Source: an uncultured Actinomycetes bacterium
GTDB lineage: Bacteria; Actinomycetota; UBA4738; HRBIN12
NCBI GenBank assembly: GCA_963714865.1
Contig: CAVQPR010000001.1
Location: 2,387,560 to 2,451,559, forward strand
Direction of reading: 5' to 3'
Length of the DNA stretch: 64,000 nucleotides
Shown: one piece after another, positions 43,183 to 52,606 of the stretch
Layout of the letters: each line of letters opens with the position of its first letter
Position numbering within the stretch: the stretch's first letter is position 1
The notes under the pieces: generated by a model
Told to the model about the DNA's origin: nothing
The model's database searches: none
The model's input: only the letters and a program-made list of their open reading frames with translations
Program-made: the position numbers and the translations under genes

Positions 43183-43785
43183 ATGAAGACCAAGCACATC
43201 GTGGTGGCCGGCGCATCGGCCCTGGCCCTGGGGGCGCTTGCCGTGCCGGCGCTCGCGGGCGACTCCTCGCCGACGTCCGTAGTAAGCGAGAACTCGCGCC
43301 GCGGGTTCTTCACGGACGTGCTGGACGGCCTCGTGGCCGATGGCGTGATCGACGACTCGCAGGCGACCGCGATCGAGGAGGCGTTCAGCGAGGCGTTCTC
43401 AGAGCATGCACGACCCATCCGGGATCACGGCGAGCGGTTCCTGGAGCCGGCCGCCGCGGCGATCGGCATCGAGCCGTCCGAACTGCTCGACGGGCTCCTG
43501 GCCGGTGAGACCGTCGCGCAGATCGCCGAGGCGAACGGTGTCGACACCGACGATGTGATCGCCGACCTCGTCGCCTCCGCGACCACCCGAGTGACGGAGG
43601 CGGCCGACGCCGGCTACCTGTCTAAGGAGATGGCTGCTCGGATCATCGACGGGCTCGACGAGCGGATCGAGGCGCTGGTCAACGGCGAGTTCCCAGGGCG
43701 AGCGGGGATGGGACGCCACGGCGGCTTCGGGGACGGGCCGTGGGGCGACCTCTGGATCGAGCCCACGGAGGGCGAGAACTCCTAG
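43183..43785 (+). CDS. Hypothetical secreted protein (Asp/Ala/Glu-rich, helical)
   Basis: ORF 43183..43785. The signal peptide is MKTKHIVVAGASALALGALAVPALAGD. I recognise no family. Confidence 0.7.
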   Translation: MKTKHIVVAGASALALGALAVPALAGDSSPTSVVSENSRRGFFTDVLDGLVADGVIDDSQATAIEEAFSEAFSEHARPIRDHGERFLEPAAAAIGIEPSELLDGLLAGETVAQIAEANGVDTDDVIADLVASATTRVTEAADAGYLSKEMAARIIDGLDERIEALVNGEFPGRAGMGRHGGFGDGPWGDLWIEPTEGENS

Positions 43786-43796
43786 CCGGAGCCCGC

Positions 43797-44480
43797 TCAG
43801 GCCCCCGGCTCGCCGACGCGCACCGCGGTCACGATGAGTCGCTCGTAGCTGGCGTACACCGGGTTGCACGTGGTGAGCACGAGGGTCGGGGCGTCGGTCT
43901 GCGCGAGCACCCGCCCCGATCCCGTCGAGGGGATCACGAAGACTCGGCGGATCTCGTATCGGAACGTGCCGAACTCGGTGCGTAGGTTGATGCGGTCGCC
44001 GTTCGCGAGCTTGTCCAGCTTGTAGAACGGCGCGAGGTACGTCGTCCGATGGCCCGCGATCGCTACACGCCCCGATCCGTCCCACGGGTCGGCGGTGTCG
44101 GCATAGTGGCCCGGCCCCTTCTTGAGGTCGTCGTAGTCGGTGCCCTGAACGACCATGAAGTTGACCCCGATCGTGGGGATCGTGATCTGCGCGTAGGCAT
44201 CGCCCAGCGGCACGGGCGGCGCCGCCTCGGCCTCGGTGACCGGGCGCGGGGCCTCCACCACGGCGGCGAACTCGGTGCGCAGGGTGTCCTGGGCCCGTGA
44301 CGTCTCCAGGCCCGTTCCCCACAGGAGCCAGGCCACGTAGCCGCCAAGTCCCGCGGCGACCATCAGGCACAGCATCCCGAACAAGTGCAGCGCGCTGCCC
44401 GCGGGAGTGCGCCGGGCCGTGGCGCGGGAAGCGGGGGCCGGGACCGGGGCGGCGTTCGTGGAGGTGATCGTCTCGCTCAT
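43797..44480 (-). CDS. Class E-type sortase
   Basis: ATG 44480 (last 227 codons of ORF 43797..46697). The TM anchor is LHLFGMLCLMVAAGLGGYVAWLLWG. ...VAIAGHRTTY...TLVLTTCNP is the catalytic TLxTC motif. The longer upstream part of that ORF is antisense to pcrA. Confidence 0.88.
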   Translation of the reverse strand: MSETITSTNAAPVPAPASRATARRTPAGSALHLFGMLCLMVAAGLGGYVAWLLWGTGLETSRAQDTLRTEFAAVVEAPRPVTEAEAAPPVPLGDAYAQITIPTIGVNFMVVQGTDYDDLKKGPGHYADTADPWDGSGRVAIAGHRTTYLAPFYKLDKLANGDRINLRTEFGTFRYEIRRVFVIPSTGSGRVLAQTDAPTLVLTTCNPVYASYERLIVTAVRVGEPGA

Positions 44481-44561
44481 GGGGTTGTCGTCCAAGGGTA
44501 TCGGCAGCCCGTGGCTACCGCCACAGCCCGGAGGGTCCGCGACCGCCTCTATGATGCCGGG

Positions 44562-46829
44562 GTGTTCGACGTCTCCCCGCTCCTCGAGGGCCTCAACGAG
44601 ATCCAGCGCGAGGCCGTTCTCCGCACGGAGGGGCCGGTGCTCATCGTCGCGGGGGCCGGCTCGGGAAAGACCCGCGCCCTCACGCACCGTGTGGCCTACC
44701 TGATCCGCGACAAGGGCGTGGCGCCCGGCGCGATCCTGGCGATCACGTTCACGAACAAGGCCGCCCGTGAGATGGCCGAGCGTGTCGAGGGACTGGTCGG
44801 CGGGCGGGTCGCCCACGGGATGTGGATCCTCACCTTCCACTCGATGTGCGCGCGGATCCTCCGGCGCGAGCACACGCATCTGGGCGTTCCCAGCGCCTTC
44901 TCGATCTACGACGACGCCGACACCGAGCGGCTGATCTCCAACATCTGCAAGGACATGGACCTCGACCTCAAGCGGTTCGCACCGAGGGCGATCGCCTCCG
45001 GGATCGGCAAGGCCAAGGACCAGGTGCTCTCGCCGGGCGAGCTCAGGGACATGGCGTCGAACCCCTACGAGGACACGGTCGCCGCCGTGTACGAGGCCTA
45101 CGAACGGCGCAAGCACGACGCCGGGGCCTTGGACTTCGACGATCTGATCTCCGAGACGGTCCGGCTGTTCCGCGACCACGCGCAGGTGCTCCACCACTAT
45201 CAGGAGCGCTTCCGCTACCTGCTCGTCGACGAGTATCAGGACACGAACCGCGCGCAGTACGAGCTCGTGAACCAGCTCTCGGCCGCGCACGGCAACGTGT
45301 GCGTGGTGGGGGACGCCGACCAGGGCGTCTACTCGTGGCGGGGAGCGACGATCCAGAACATCTTGGACTTCGAGCGCGACCATCCGGACGCGCAGGTCTT
45401 CCTGATGGAGCAGAACTACCGCTCCACGCAGCACATCCTCGCCCTGGCCAACGCGCTGATCGAGAACAATCAGATGCGCAAACCGAAGACCCTGTGGACC
45501 GACGCCGGCACGGGCGAGCTGACGGTGCACTACCGGGCGCAGGACGAGCACGAGGAGGCCGCCTGGCTGGCCGGGGAGGTCGAACGGCTCCGCGAGAGCG
45601 AGGGGTATCGCTACAAGGACGTGGCGGTCTTCTATCGCACCAATGCCCAGTCCCGCGTGCTCGAGGACGTCCTGATGCGCTCCGGCACCCCGTACCGGGT
45701 GTTCGGGGGCGTCCGCTTCTACCAGCGCCGCGAGATCAAGGACGTGGTGGGCTATCTGCGACTGCTGCTCAATCCCCAGGACGTCATCTCGTTCCGACGC
45801 GTGGTGAACACGCCCAAGCGTGGGATCGGCGACGCGACCGTGGCCGCGCTCGAGTCGTTCGCTCGCGACGAGGGCATCACCATGCTCGACGCGTGCCGCC
45901 GGGTCGACGAGATCGCGGTCCTGGGGACGCGGGCCAAGGGGGCAGTCGCCGGGTTCGTCCAGATCATGACGGCGCTGCAGACACACCTCGACGACGGTGC
46001 CGGGCCGGCCCGGATGGTCGAATTCGCCGCCCAGGAGTCGGGGTACCTCCCCGAGCTCGAGGAGGAGCGCTCGATCGAGGCGCAGGGCCGGATCGAGAAC
46101 CTGCAGGAGCTGGCGGGCGTGGCCGCGGAGATGATCGCCACCGACCCCGATGTGGGGCTCGCCGGGTTCCTGGAGCAGGTCTCGCTCGTGGGCGAGCAGG
46201 ACGAGTACGACGAGGACGATTCGCAGATCACCCTGATGACGCTGCACATCGCCAAGGGGCTCGAGTTCCCGGTGGTGTTCATCGTCGGGCTCGAGGACGG
46301 GATCTTCCCGCACTTCCGGTCGATGACCGACTCGGCCCAGCTCGAGGAGGAGCGCCGGCTCGCCTATGTGGGGGTGACGCGGGCAAGGGAGCGGCTGTAC
46401 CTCACGAACGCGTGGAGCCGGACACTGTTCGGCCAGTCGCAGTACAACCCGGAGTCTCGCTTCCTCAAGGAGATCCCCGAGCATCTGATCGATCGTCGCG
46501 AGGGCGAGGCGCGCAGCCGCTCCGCCGCCCGCTACGGGTCGCGGCAGCAGCAGGCCGACCGGGCGAGTCACACCGTGATCGGGCTCCCCGGGCGGGAGCG
46601 GGAGATGGTGCCGGCGCGCGACTGGACGCCGCCATCGCCGGAGGGCGTGCCCAAGCGGAATGCGCCGTCGATCGCGGCGGGCGACACGGTCGTCCACGAG
46701 CGCTGGGGCGAGGGCGTGGTGATCACGGTCAGCGGAGTGGGCGAGGGCGCGGAGGCCACGATCTCGTTCTCCGACGTGGGGGAGAAGCGCGTGCTGCTCG
46801 CATACGCCCCGCTCACGAAGGCCGGCTGA
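44562..46829 (+). CDS. pcrA: ATP-dependent DNA helicase PcrA/UvrD family
   Basis: GTG 44562 within ORF 44385..46829. LLEGLNEIQREAVLRTEGPVLIVAGAGSGKTRALTHR...LLVDEYQDTN...VGDADQGVYSWRGA...TLHIAKGLEFPVVF...EEERRLAYVGVTRARE. Confidence 0.94.
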   Translation: MFDVSPLLEGLNEIQREAVLRTEGPVLIVAGAGSGKTRALTHRVAYLIRDKGVAPGAILAITFTNKAAREMAERVEGLVGGRVAHGMWILTFHSMCARILRREHTHLGVPSAFSIYDDADTERLISNICKDMDLDLKRFAPRAIASGIGKAKDQVLSPGELRDMASNPYEDTVAAVYEAYERRKHDAGALDFDDLISETVRLFRDHAQVLHHYQERFRYLLVDEYQDTNRAQYELVNQLSAAHGNVCVVGDADQGVYSWRGATIQNILDFERDHPDAQVFLMEQNYRSTQHILALANALIENNQMRKPKTLWTDAGTGELTVHYRAQDEHEEAAWLAGEVERLRESEGYRYKDVAVFYRTNAQSRVLEDVLMRSGTPYRVFGGVRFYQRREIKDVVGYLRLLLNPQDVISFRRVVNTPKRGIGDATVAALESFARDEGITMLDACRRVDEIAVLGTRAKGAVAGFVQIMTALQTHLDDGAGPARMVEFAAQESGYLPELEEERSIEAQGRIENLQELAGVAAEMIATDPDVGLAGFLEQVSLVGEQDEYDEDDSQITLMTLHIAKGLEFPVVFIVGLEDGIFPHFRSMTDSAQLEEERRLAYVGVTRARERLYLTNAWSRTLFGQSQYNPESRFLKEIPEHLIDRREGEARSRSAARYGSRQQQADRASHTVIGLPGREREMVPARDWTPPSPEGVPKRNAPSIAAGDTVVHERWGEGVVITVSGVGEGAEATISFSDVGEKRVLLAYAPLTKAG

Positions 46830-46832
46830 GGT

Positions 46833-48296
46833 TCAGACCGACAAGCGGTCGAGCACGTTGCGTGTGATGCGACCGATGTCGGGGTCTCCCAGGCCACAGG
46901 TCCAGTCCGTGACACCGACGTTGAACACCGTGCCGCCGCCGGGCTTCGCGAACGTTCCGATGCACGCGTGGTTGTTCGTGATGCGATGAACCTGGTCGCG
47001 CCACCCCTCACCGAACACGGCCGCTGCCGCGTTCTCGAGCTCGCCGGGCTCGTGGGCGTATCGGCTCGGCTGCTCGCCCTGACTCCACAGGCGCGCCGGG
47101 GCGGTGGCCAGGATCTCCAGGCCGTCGGGCGCGCCGTCGCCCCCCGTTGGGACCGGGAGACCGCTCTCGTCGGTCGTAAGCTCCACGCCGTCGACCTCGT
47201 AGGCGACGATCGAGTCGGCCCGGCCCAGCTCGTCGCCGTAGCGCAGATCGGTGCCCTCGAACGCCCAATGCTCGGGCCGCCAGACCGTGTAGGCCCCAGA
47301 GCCACGGGGCACTCCCAGTCCGTATCGGGAATACCCACCGCGGGTGAAGGTGAGGCCGGTCGTCTGTGTCTCAGGCCAGCCGATGCGACGGTCGCTCCAC
47401 GGCCCCGTGATCAGCCGCTCGTCCGACGTGCCGACGACCGGATCCTCGTCGGCCCGGTACTTGTAGCAGGTCATCGAGCGGTGATCGTCGTCGAAGCGGA
47501 CCTGCCAGAAGCACGTGTTCCCGCTGAAGATCGCGGCGTTGCCGCCGCCGTCGGTGAAGGCGTCGAGCGTCTCGCGCATGCCCCTCGACCAGTACTCGTC
47601 GTGGCCGACCGACAGGTAGAGGCGGTGTCCAGAGAGGACCTCGGGGTGCTGTTCGAGGTCCTCGGAGATCGCGACGTCGAGCGCATAATCGTTCGACTCG
47701 GCCCAGGCGACGAAGTCGCGTTCCCAGGTCGCCCATCCGGAGCCTCCGCTCCATACAGACAGGCCGAGCGGCTCGGCCCAGTGGAAGTACCACTTGCCCT
47801 CCCGGTCGGGCTCGGGCTGCATCTTTCGGCGCATCGGCCGGGGCTTGTCGAGGAAGCCACGGGCGAGCGGCCGCTCGAACGAGACCTGGGTCCCTCCCGT
47901 GTACAGGCTTGGACCTCCCCAGTCGTTGTACGCGTTCCAGGTGGAGGTCGAGAGCACGAGGATCGCGGCCGCCCGAGGGGAGTCGGGTCCGGGCCGCACC
48001 ACGAGGAAGGCGTCCGCTCGTTCGCCCCCGGCCGTCACCGCGACGGCGTAGTACCCGCTGCGCCAGTCGGGGCCCACGGGGATCTCCAGCGCCACGGGCC
48101 ATCCGCACCCGTTCGCCGAGGCGTCGTCGGGGGTGTCGTGTGCATCGGCGGGCACGCCGCTCGCCCGCCACATGACCTCGTGCGTCGCGCCCTCCCTCGC
48201 CACCTCGATGTCGAACGACCCCGCATCGGTCGAGACGTGCAGCGGGACGGTGTCCCCGGGGACGGCCGAGCGCGGGAAGCAGTACGCCTCGAGCAT
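46833..48296 (-). CDS. Protein resembling the N,N-dimethylformamidase large-subunit family (function unknown)
   Basis: ATG 48296 within ORF 46833..48371. LEAYCFPRSAVPGDTVPLHVS...LVLSTSTWNAYNDWGG...LSVGHDEYWS...AIFSGNTCFWQVRF. The family assignment is from memory only. Confidence 0.6.
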   Translation of the reverse strand: MLEAYCFPRSAVPGDTVPLHVSTDAGSFDIEVAREGATHEVMWRASGVPADAHDTPDDASANGCGWPVALEIPVGPDWRSGYYAVAVTAGGERADAFLVVRPGPDSPRAAAILVLSTSTWNAYNDWGGPSLYTGGTQVSFERPLARGFLDKPRPMRRKMQPEPDREGKWYFHWAEPLGLSVWSGGSGWATWERDFVAWAESNDYALDVAISEDLEQHPEVLSGHRLYLSVGHDEYWSRGMRETLDAFTDGGGNAAIFSGNTCFWQVRFDDDHRSMTCYKYRADEDPVVGTSDERLITGPWSDRRIGWPETQTTGLTFTRGGYSRYGLGVPRGSGAYTVWRPEHWAFEGTDLRYGDELGRADSIVAYEVDGVELTTDESGLPVPTGGDGAPDGLEILATAPARLWSQGEQPSRYAHEPGELENAAAAVFGEGWRDQVHRITNNHACIGTFAKPGGGTVFNVGVTDWTCGLGDPDIGRITRNVLDRLSV

Positions 48297-48301
48297 CGCG
48301 G

Positions 48302-48466
48302 CTAACTGGTGAGCGCCAGGTAGCCGGCGACCAGGATCACGATGCCCGCGACGATCGGCGCGATCACCCACGCCAGGCCGAGACGTCCTCGGTACGGCCC
48401 GAGCGTGCCGACCTTCGTGGTCGGCTTGAGACCGGGCGGACGGATCTGGAGCTTCTTGCGAGCCAC
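48302..48466 (-). CDS. Possible 54-aa single-TM peptide immediately upstream of the DMFase-like gene (below the ORF-track cutoff)
   Basis: GTG 48466 gives VARKKLQIRPPGLKPTTKVGTLGPYRGRLGLAWVIAPIVAGIVILVAGYLALTS, with TAG at 48304-48302. The stop lies 5 nt before the downstream ATG. Confidence 0.4.
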   Translation of the reverse strand: MARKKLQIRPPGLKPTTKVGTLGPYRGRLGLAWVIAPIVAGIVILVAGYLALTS

Positions 48467-48574
48467 GGCCACAGTCTACGGAGCGATCAGCCGGTGATGA
48501 CCCGGAAGAGGTGCCAGCGGTGCATCCGGCGTTCGGTGCCCGTCAGAAGGTCAGGACGATCGCGTGAGGCCCGC

Positions 48575-49581
48575 TCAAGGCGACAGCTCGTGGGCTCGGC
48601 GGAGGAGATCCGCGAACACCTCCTGGTAGAGATCGCCGGGATCGGCGAACCCGATGCTCGCCGAGCCGACCTTCACCTTCCCCAGCCGGCCCTCGTAGGA
48701 CGCCAACAGGTACGCGCCGCCCTCGACGGCGTTCACGTAGACGCTGTAGCTGCGCGTCTGCCGTGCCAGCCCAACGAGGAACCACTCGGCCGCGTCCCCT
48801 CGGGGCCGGGGCTGCAGGAGATCCCCGTAGCCGCAGCTCGACCTGGGTCGTGTCGGGGATCGCCCGATGGAGCGCTTCGATGAACTCAGCGGCGAGCTCG
48901 ACGTGCGCCGCGCCGGGCGGGCGAGGATGAGGGTGGGGGCTCGCACGGTCGGCAGGACGCCACGGACGTCCGGCACCCACCACTGTTCGTGCATCGCGAA
49001 CGCGGATCCCGGGCTGGCGGCCGCGCGGAGAGACGAGGCCCACGACCGGACTGCGGCCGGATCGCCCGCCACGGTTGGTGCGGCTGTCTCCAGATCCTTG
49101 CGAGCGAACGCCTCGCTGCCCCACGCAACCATCTCCTCGCGGGGATCGATCCCGAGCGCGACGAGTGGGCTGCTCGGGATCGGGGTGTAGAGGGCAAGGG
49201 CGCGCACCCGATCCGGGTGCGCGGCGGCGAACAGCAGGGCGAGGATCGGCGCCCGGACTCGCTGGATACGATGCAGACGTCGCGAGCGCCAACAGCGTCG
49301 AGCACCGCGACCACGTCGTCAACGTGAGTCTCGAGCGGCGCACCGTCGTCGGGCGACAGGCGGTCGGACAGACCGATGCCGCGACGATCCATCGCGATCA
49401 CCCGGGCGAAGGCCCCGATGCGCCGGTGCGTGTCGGCGATCTCGGGGATCCGCCAGTTCTCGTCGAGATTCGTGAAGAACCCCGGCATCAGCAGCACGTC
49501 GATCGCGCCGGAGCCGAACACCTGGAACGCGATGAAAGCTCCATCAGGCGCCCGGGTGTATCGGGTCTCGGGGACCTCCAT
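48575..49581 (-). pseudogene. Alpha/beta-hydrolase paralog of the N-domain of the upstream cyclase gene; broken into three frames as sequenced, with a possible DUF1801-like tail
   Basis: Four pieces read across all three - frames:
- ATG 49581 (overlaps the cyclase stop) [39 protein letters not shown]...AMDRRGIGLSDR...CIVSSESG
- RALALYTPIP...RAPTLILARP
- AAHVELAAEFIEALHRAIPDTTQVEL
- GYGDLLQ...WFLVGLARQTRSYSVYV...GKVKVGSASIGF

Junctions are near 49255, 48913 and 48835. Confidence 0.7.
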
Positions 49582-50939
49582 CACGCGACCACTCGATAGA
49601 GGCGCCAGCGGTCCGGCACGCCCTTGAGCTCGTGCTCGCCGGCATCCTCGAACGAGAGGCCTGACCCAGCGACCAAGTCCCGTACCGTCTGCGACACGAG
49701 GATCTCCGAGGGACCGGCACGAGCCGCGACCCTCGCGCCGATGCTGACGGCGATGCCGCCCACCTTGTCGTCGATCTGTTCCACCTCGCCCGTGTGGAGG
49801 CCGGCCCGCACCTCGATGCCGATGTCACGTACCGACTCCAAGATCGCCTGCGCGCATCGGACGGCTCGAGCCGGGCCGTCGAAGGCGGCGAAGAACCCGT
49901 CTCCAGCGGTGTCGACTTCCCGGCCCCGGAATCGCGCGAGTTGTCCTCGGACACGGGTGTGGTGATCCTCGACCAGCTCCCTCCACCGCCGGTCGCCGAC
50001 ATCGGACGCACGCTTCGTGGAGTCGACGATGTCGGTGAACAGGACGGTGGCGAGGGACCGCTCGAGCTCGGCCTCCCGATCGCGGAAGGTCGAGACGAAC
50101 GGTTCGACCTGGTCGAGTAGCTGGTCTTGATCACCCACCCAGAAGAAGTGGTCGCTGCCCGGGAAGCTCACGAATCGGGCTCCGTGGATCCGATCGGCCA
50201 TCCACTTCGATTCCTCGACGCTGAACGCCGAGTCGTCCTCTCGGGCGAGAACGAGCGTGGGAACGTGGATGGCGGCGAGGGCGGCCCGCGCGTCGATCTC
50301 CCGGTTCATCCGAGACAGCGCTATCGCGGCGCCGGGGCTCGCCGCTCGGCGCAGGTAGTTGGCCAACCACGAGGCCGCGGCCTCGTCGCCTGCGAGGGAA
50401 GGCGCTCCCCAGGTTGCGATCTCCTGGTCTGCATGTTCCTTGGTCCCCCAGGTCCGGTCGAGCTGTTCCATCCGCCGTTCAAACTCCTCGTCGGAAGAGG
50501 CTGGGAAAGGGTATTCGGGACTGCTCTTGTAGGCAGCGCCGGTTCCGAACAAGATCAGTGCGACGGTTCGTTCCGGATACGTCGCTGCGAACATCAGCGC
50601 CATCGGGCCGCCTTCCGAGACGCCCATCACGATCGCGCGCTCGGACCCCACCGCGTCCATAACCGCGCGTGCGTCGTCCATCCGCACCTCGAGCGAAGGC
50701 AATCGGTCCTCGGACACCCGATCCGACAGGCCCATGCCTCGCTTGTCGAACAGGATCAACCGCGAGTACGACGCGAGTCGACTCATGAACCGAGCGAGTG
50801 TCGTCTCCTCCCACATCCCTTCGATGTTGGTTGTCCATCCCATAACGAACACCAGATCGACCGGCCCATCGCCGACCACTTGGTAGGCGATGTGCACGCC
50901 GTCCGCCGTCTTCGCGTAGCGCGTTTCGGGAGCCTGCAT
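49581..50939 (-). CDS. Alpha/beta-hydrolase / class III adenylate-guanylate cyclase fusion (LipJ/Rv1900c-like architecture)
   Basis: ATG 50939 within ORF 49581..50975. The hydrolase part is [14 protein letters not shown]...[11 protein letters not shown]. The cyclase part is [16 protein letters not shown]...[12 protein letters not shown]...[11 protein letters not shown]...[11 protein letters not shown]. Confidence 0.88.
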
Positions 50940-51011
50940 CGAGGAAGTGTGTGCCGAGAGCCGTGTTGGTCGCAAGCTCGCATTGCCCGGCCGTCGCTAG
51001 ACTCAGCCGCG

Positions 51012-51414
51012 ATGGCAGCCAAGCATCGCATCGTGGTGGCGAAACCTGGGCTCGACGGGCATGACCGCGGGGCCAAGGTCGTGGCGCGCGCGCTGCGCGA
51101 CGCCGGCTTCGAGGTGATCTACACCGGCCTGCACCAGACGCCCGAGCAGATCGCCGAGACGGCGATCCAGGAGGACGCCGACGCCGTCGGACTCTCGAGC
51201 CACTCCGGCGCGCACATGACGCTGTTCCCGAAGGTGGTGACGCAGCTGCGAGACCGCGGGGCCGGCGACATCCTGCGTGTTCGGCGGCGGGATCATGCCC
51301 GCCGACGACATCCCCGACGCTCAAGGAAGCCGGCGTCGACGAAGATCTTCACGCCCGGCGCGACCACCGGCGACATCGCCGACGTGGCTGCGCGAGCTCG
51401 AGGCTCGCCGCTAG
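51012..51414 (+). pseudogene. Methylmalonyl-CoA mutase-type B12-binding small subunit (stand-alone), four extra bases in the last 140 nt
   Basis: ATG 51012 gives [123 protein letters not shown] and [12 protein letters not shown](51412) follow in successive frames. Junctions are at ~51276, 51319, 51344 and 51384. Confidence 0.88.
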
Positions 51415-51449
51415 TCAGTCAGACTACGACCCCAGGCGATCGGAGTTCG

Positions 51450-52606
51450 ATGGACCTCTACGAGCACCAGGGCAAGGACGCTGTTCCGCGCCCACGGCAT
51501 CGCTGACGCCACGCGGCATCGTGGCCGAGACGCCGGAGCGAGGCCGGCCGAGGCGACCACCGCGCGCTGGGCGGGCAAGAGCGTCGTCAAGGTGCAGGTG
51601 CAGGTCGGCGGCCGCGGCAAGGGTGGCGGCGTCGTGCTGGTCGACTCGCCCGAGCGCGCCGCCGAGGAGGCGGCGCGCATGCTCGGCTCGGACTTCAAGG
51701 GGCACGCGGTCAACCAGGTGCTCGTGCGAGGAGCTGCTGCCGATCGCCCGGGAGTTCTACACGTCGATCCTGCTCGACCGTTCCAGGGGCGACTACCTCG
51801 CGATGATGACCGCCGAGGGCGGCATGGACATCGAGGAGCTCGCTCGCACGCGGCCCGAGGCGCTGCGCCGGGTGCACGTCGACCCGATGCTGGGGCTGCG
51901 GGCCTTCCACGTCCGCGAGCTGGTCGGGACCCTCCCCGCCGAGGCGCGTGAGGGCGCCTCCGACGTCGTGCACCGCATGTACGAGCTGTTGCAGCGAACG
52001 CGACGCGACGCTCGTCGAGGTGAACCCGCTCGTGCTGCTCGAGGACGGCCGGGTCGTCGCCCTCGACTCGAAGGTGACGATCGACGACAACGCGCTGTTC
52101 CGCCACCCCGACATCGAGGCGATGCGCGGACGCGTTCCCGATCGACCCGGTGCAGGCGCGGGCGAACGAGCAGGATCTGCAGTACGTCAAGCTCGACGGC
52201 AACGTCGGCATCATCGGCAACGGGGCTGGCCTGGTGATGTCGACGCTCGACGTGGTGGCCCAGGCGGGCGCCAGGGCCGCGAACTTCCTCGACGTTGGGG
52301 GCGGCGCGAGCGCCGACCAGATGGCGACCTCGCTCGAGGTCGTGCTTGACCGACCCGGCGGTGCAGGCGGTGTTCATCAACATCTTCGGCGGCATCACGC
52401 GGTGCGACCTGGTGGCCGAGGGCATGCTCGAGGCGCTCGACCGCGTCGAGGCCGACCGTGCCGCTCGTGGTGCGGCTCGACGGCACGAACGCCGAGGAGG
52501 GCCGGGCGATCCTCGCGAGGCCGCGCATCCGCGCATCGTGTCGGCCGCGACGATGCTCGAGGCGGCCGAACGCGCGGCCGCGCTCGCGAACGGGGAGGCC
52601 GCATGA
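51450..52606 (+). pseudogene. sucC: Succinate--CoA ligase beta subunit, about 10 frame breaks as sequenced
   Basis: Pieces read in rotating frames:
- [10 protein letters not shown]
- LFRAHGI
- [12 protein letters not shown]
- EAG
- EATTARWAGKSVVKVQVQVGGRGKGGGVVLV...GHAVNQVLV
- EELLPIAREFYTSILLDRS...MYELLQ
- [13 protein letters not shown]...
- [41 protein letters not shown]...
- [20 protein letters not shown]...
- [20 protein letters not shown]
- [16 protein letters not shown]...

Junctions are at ~51480, 51502, 51539, 51549, 51727, 51995, 52128, 52348, 52457 and 52518 (-1). Confidence 0.92.

Noticed and set aside
42952-43183. tRNA or small RNA gene in the largest intergenic spacer
   Set aside because: I could find no cloverleaf-compatible arms or conserved T-loop (GTTCRANYC). 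The repeats are better explained as operator or 5'-UTR elements.
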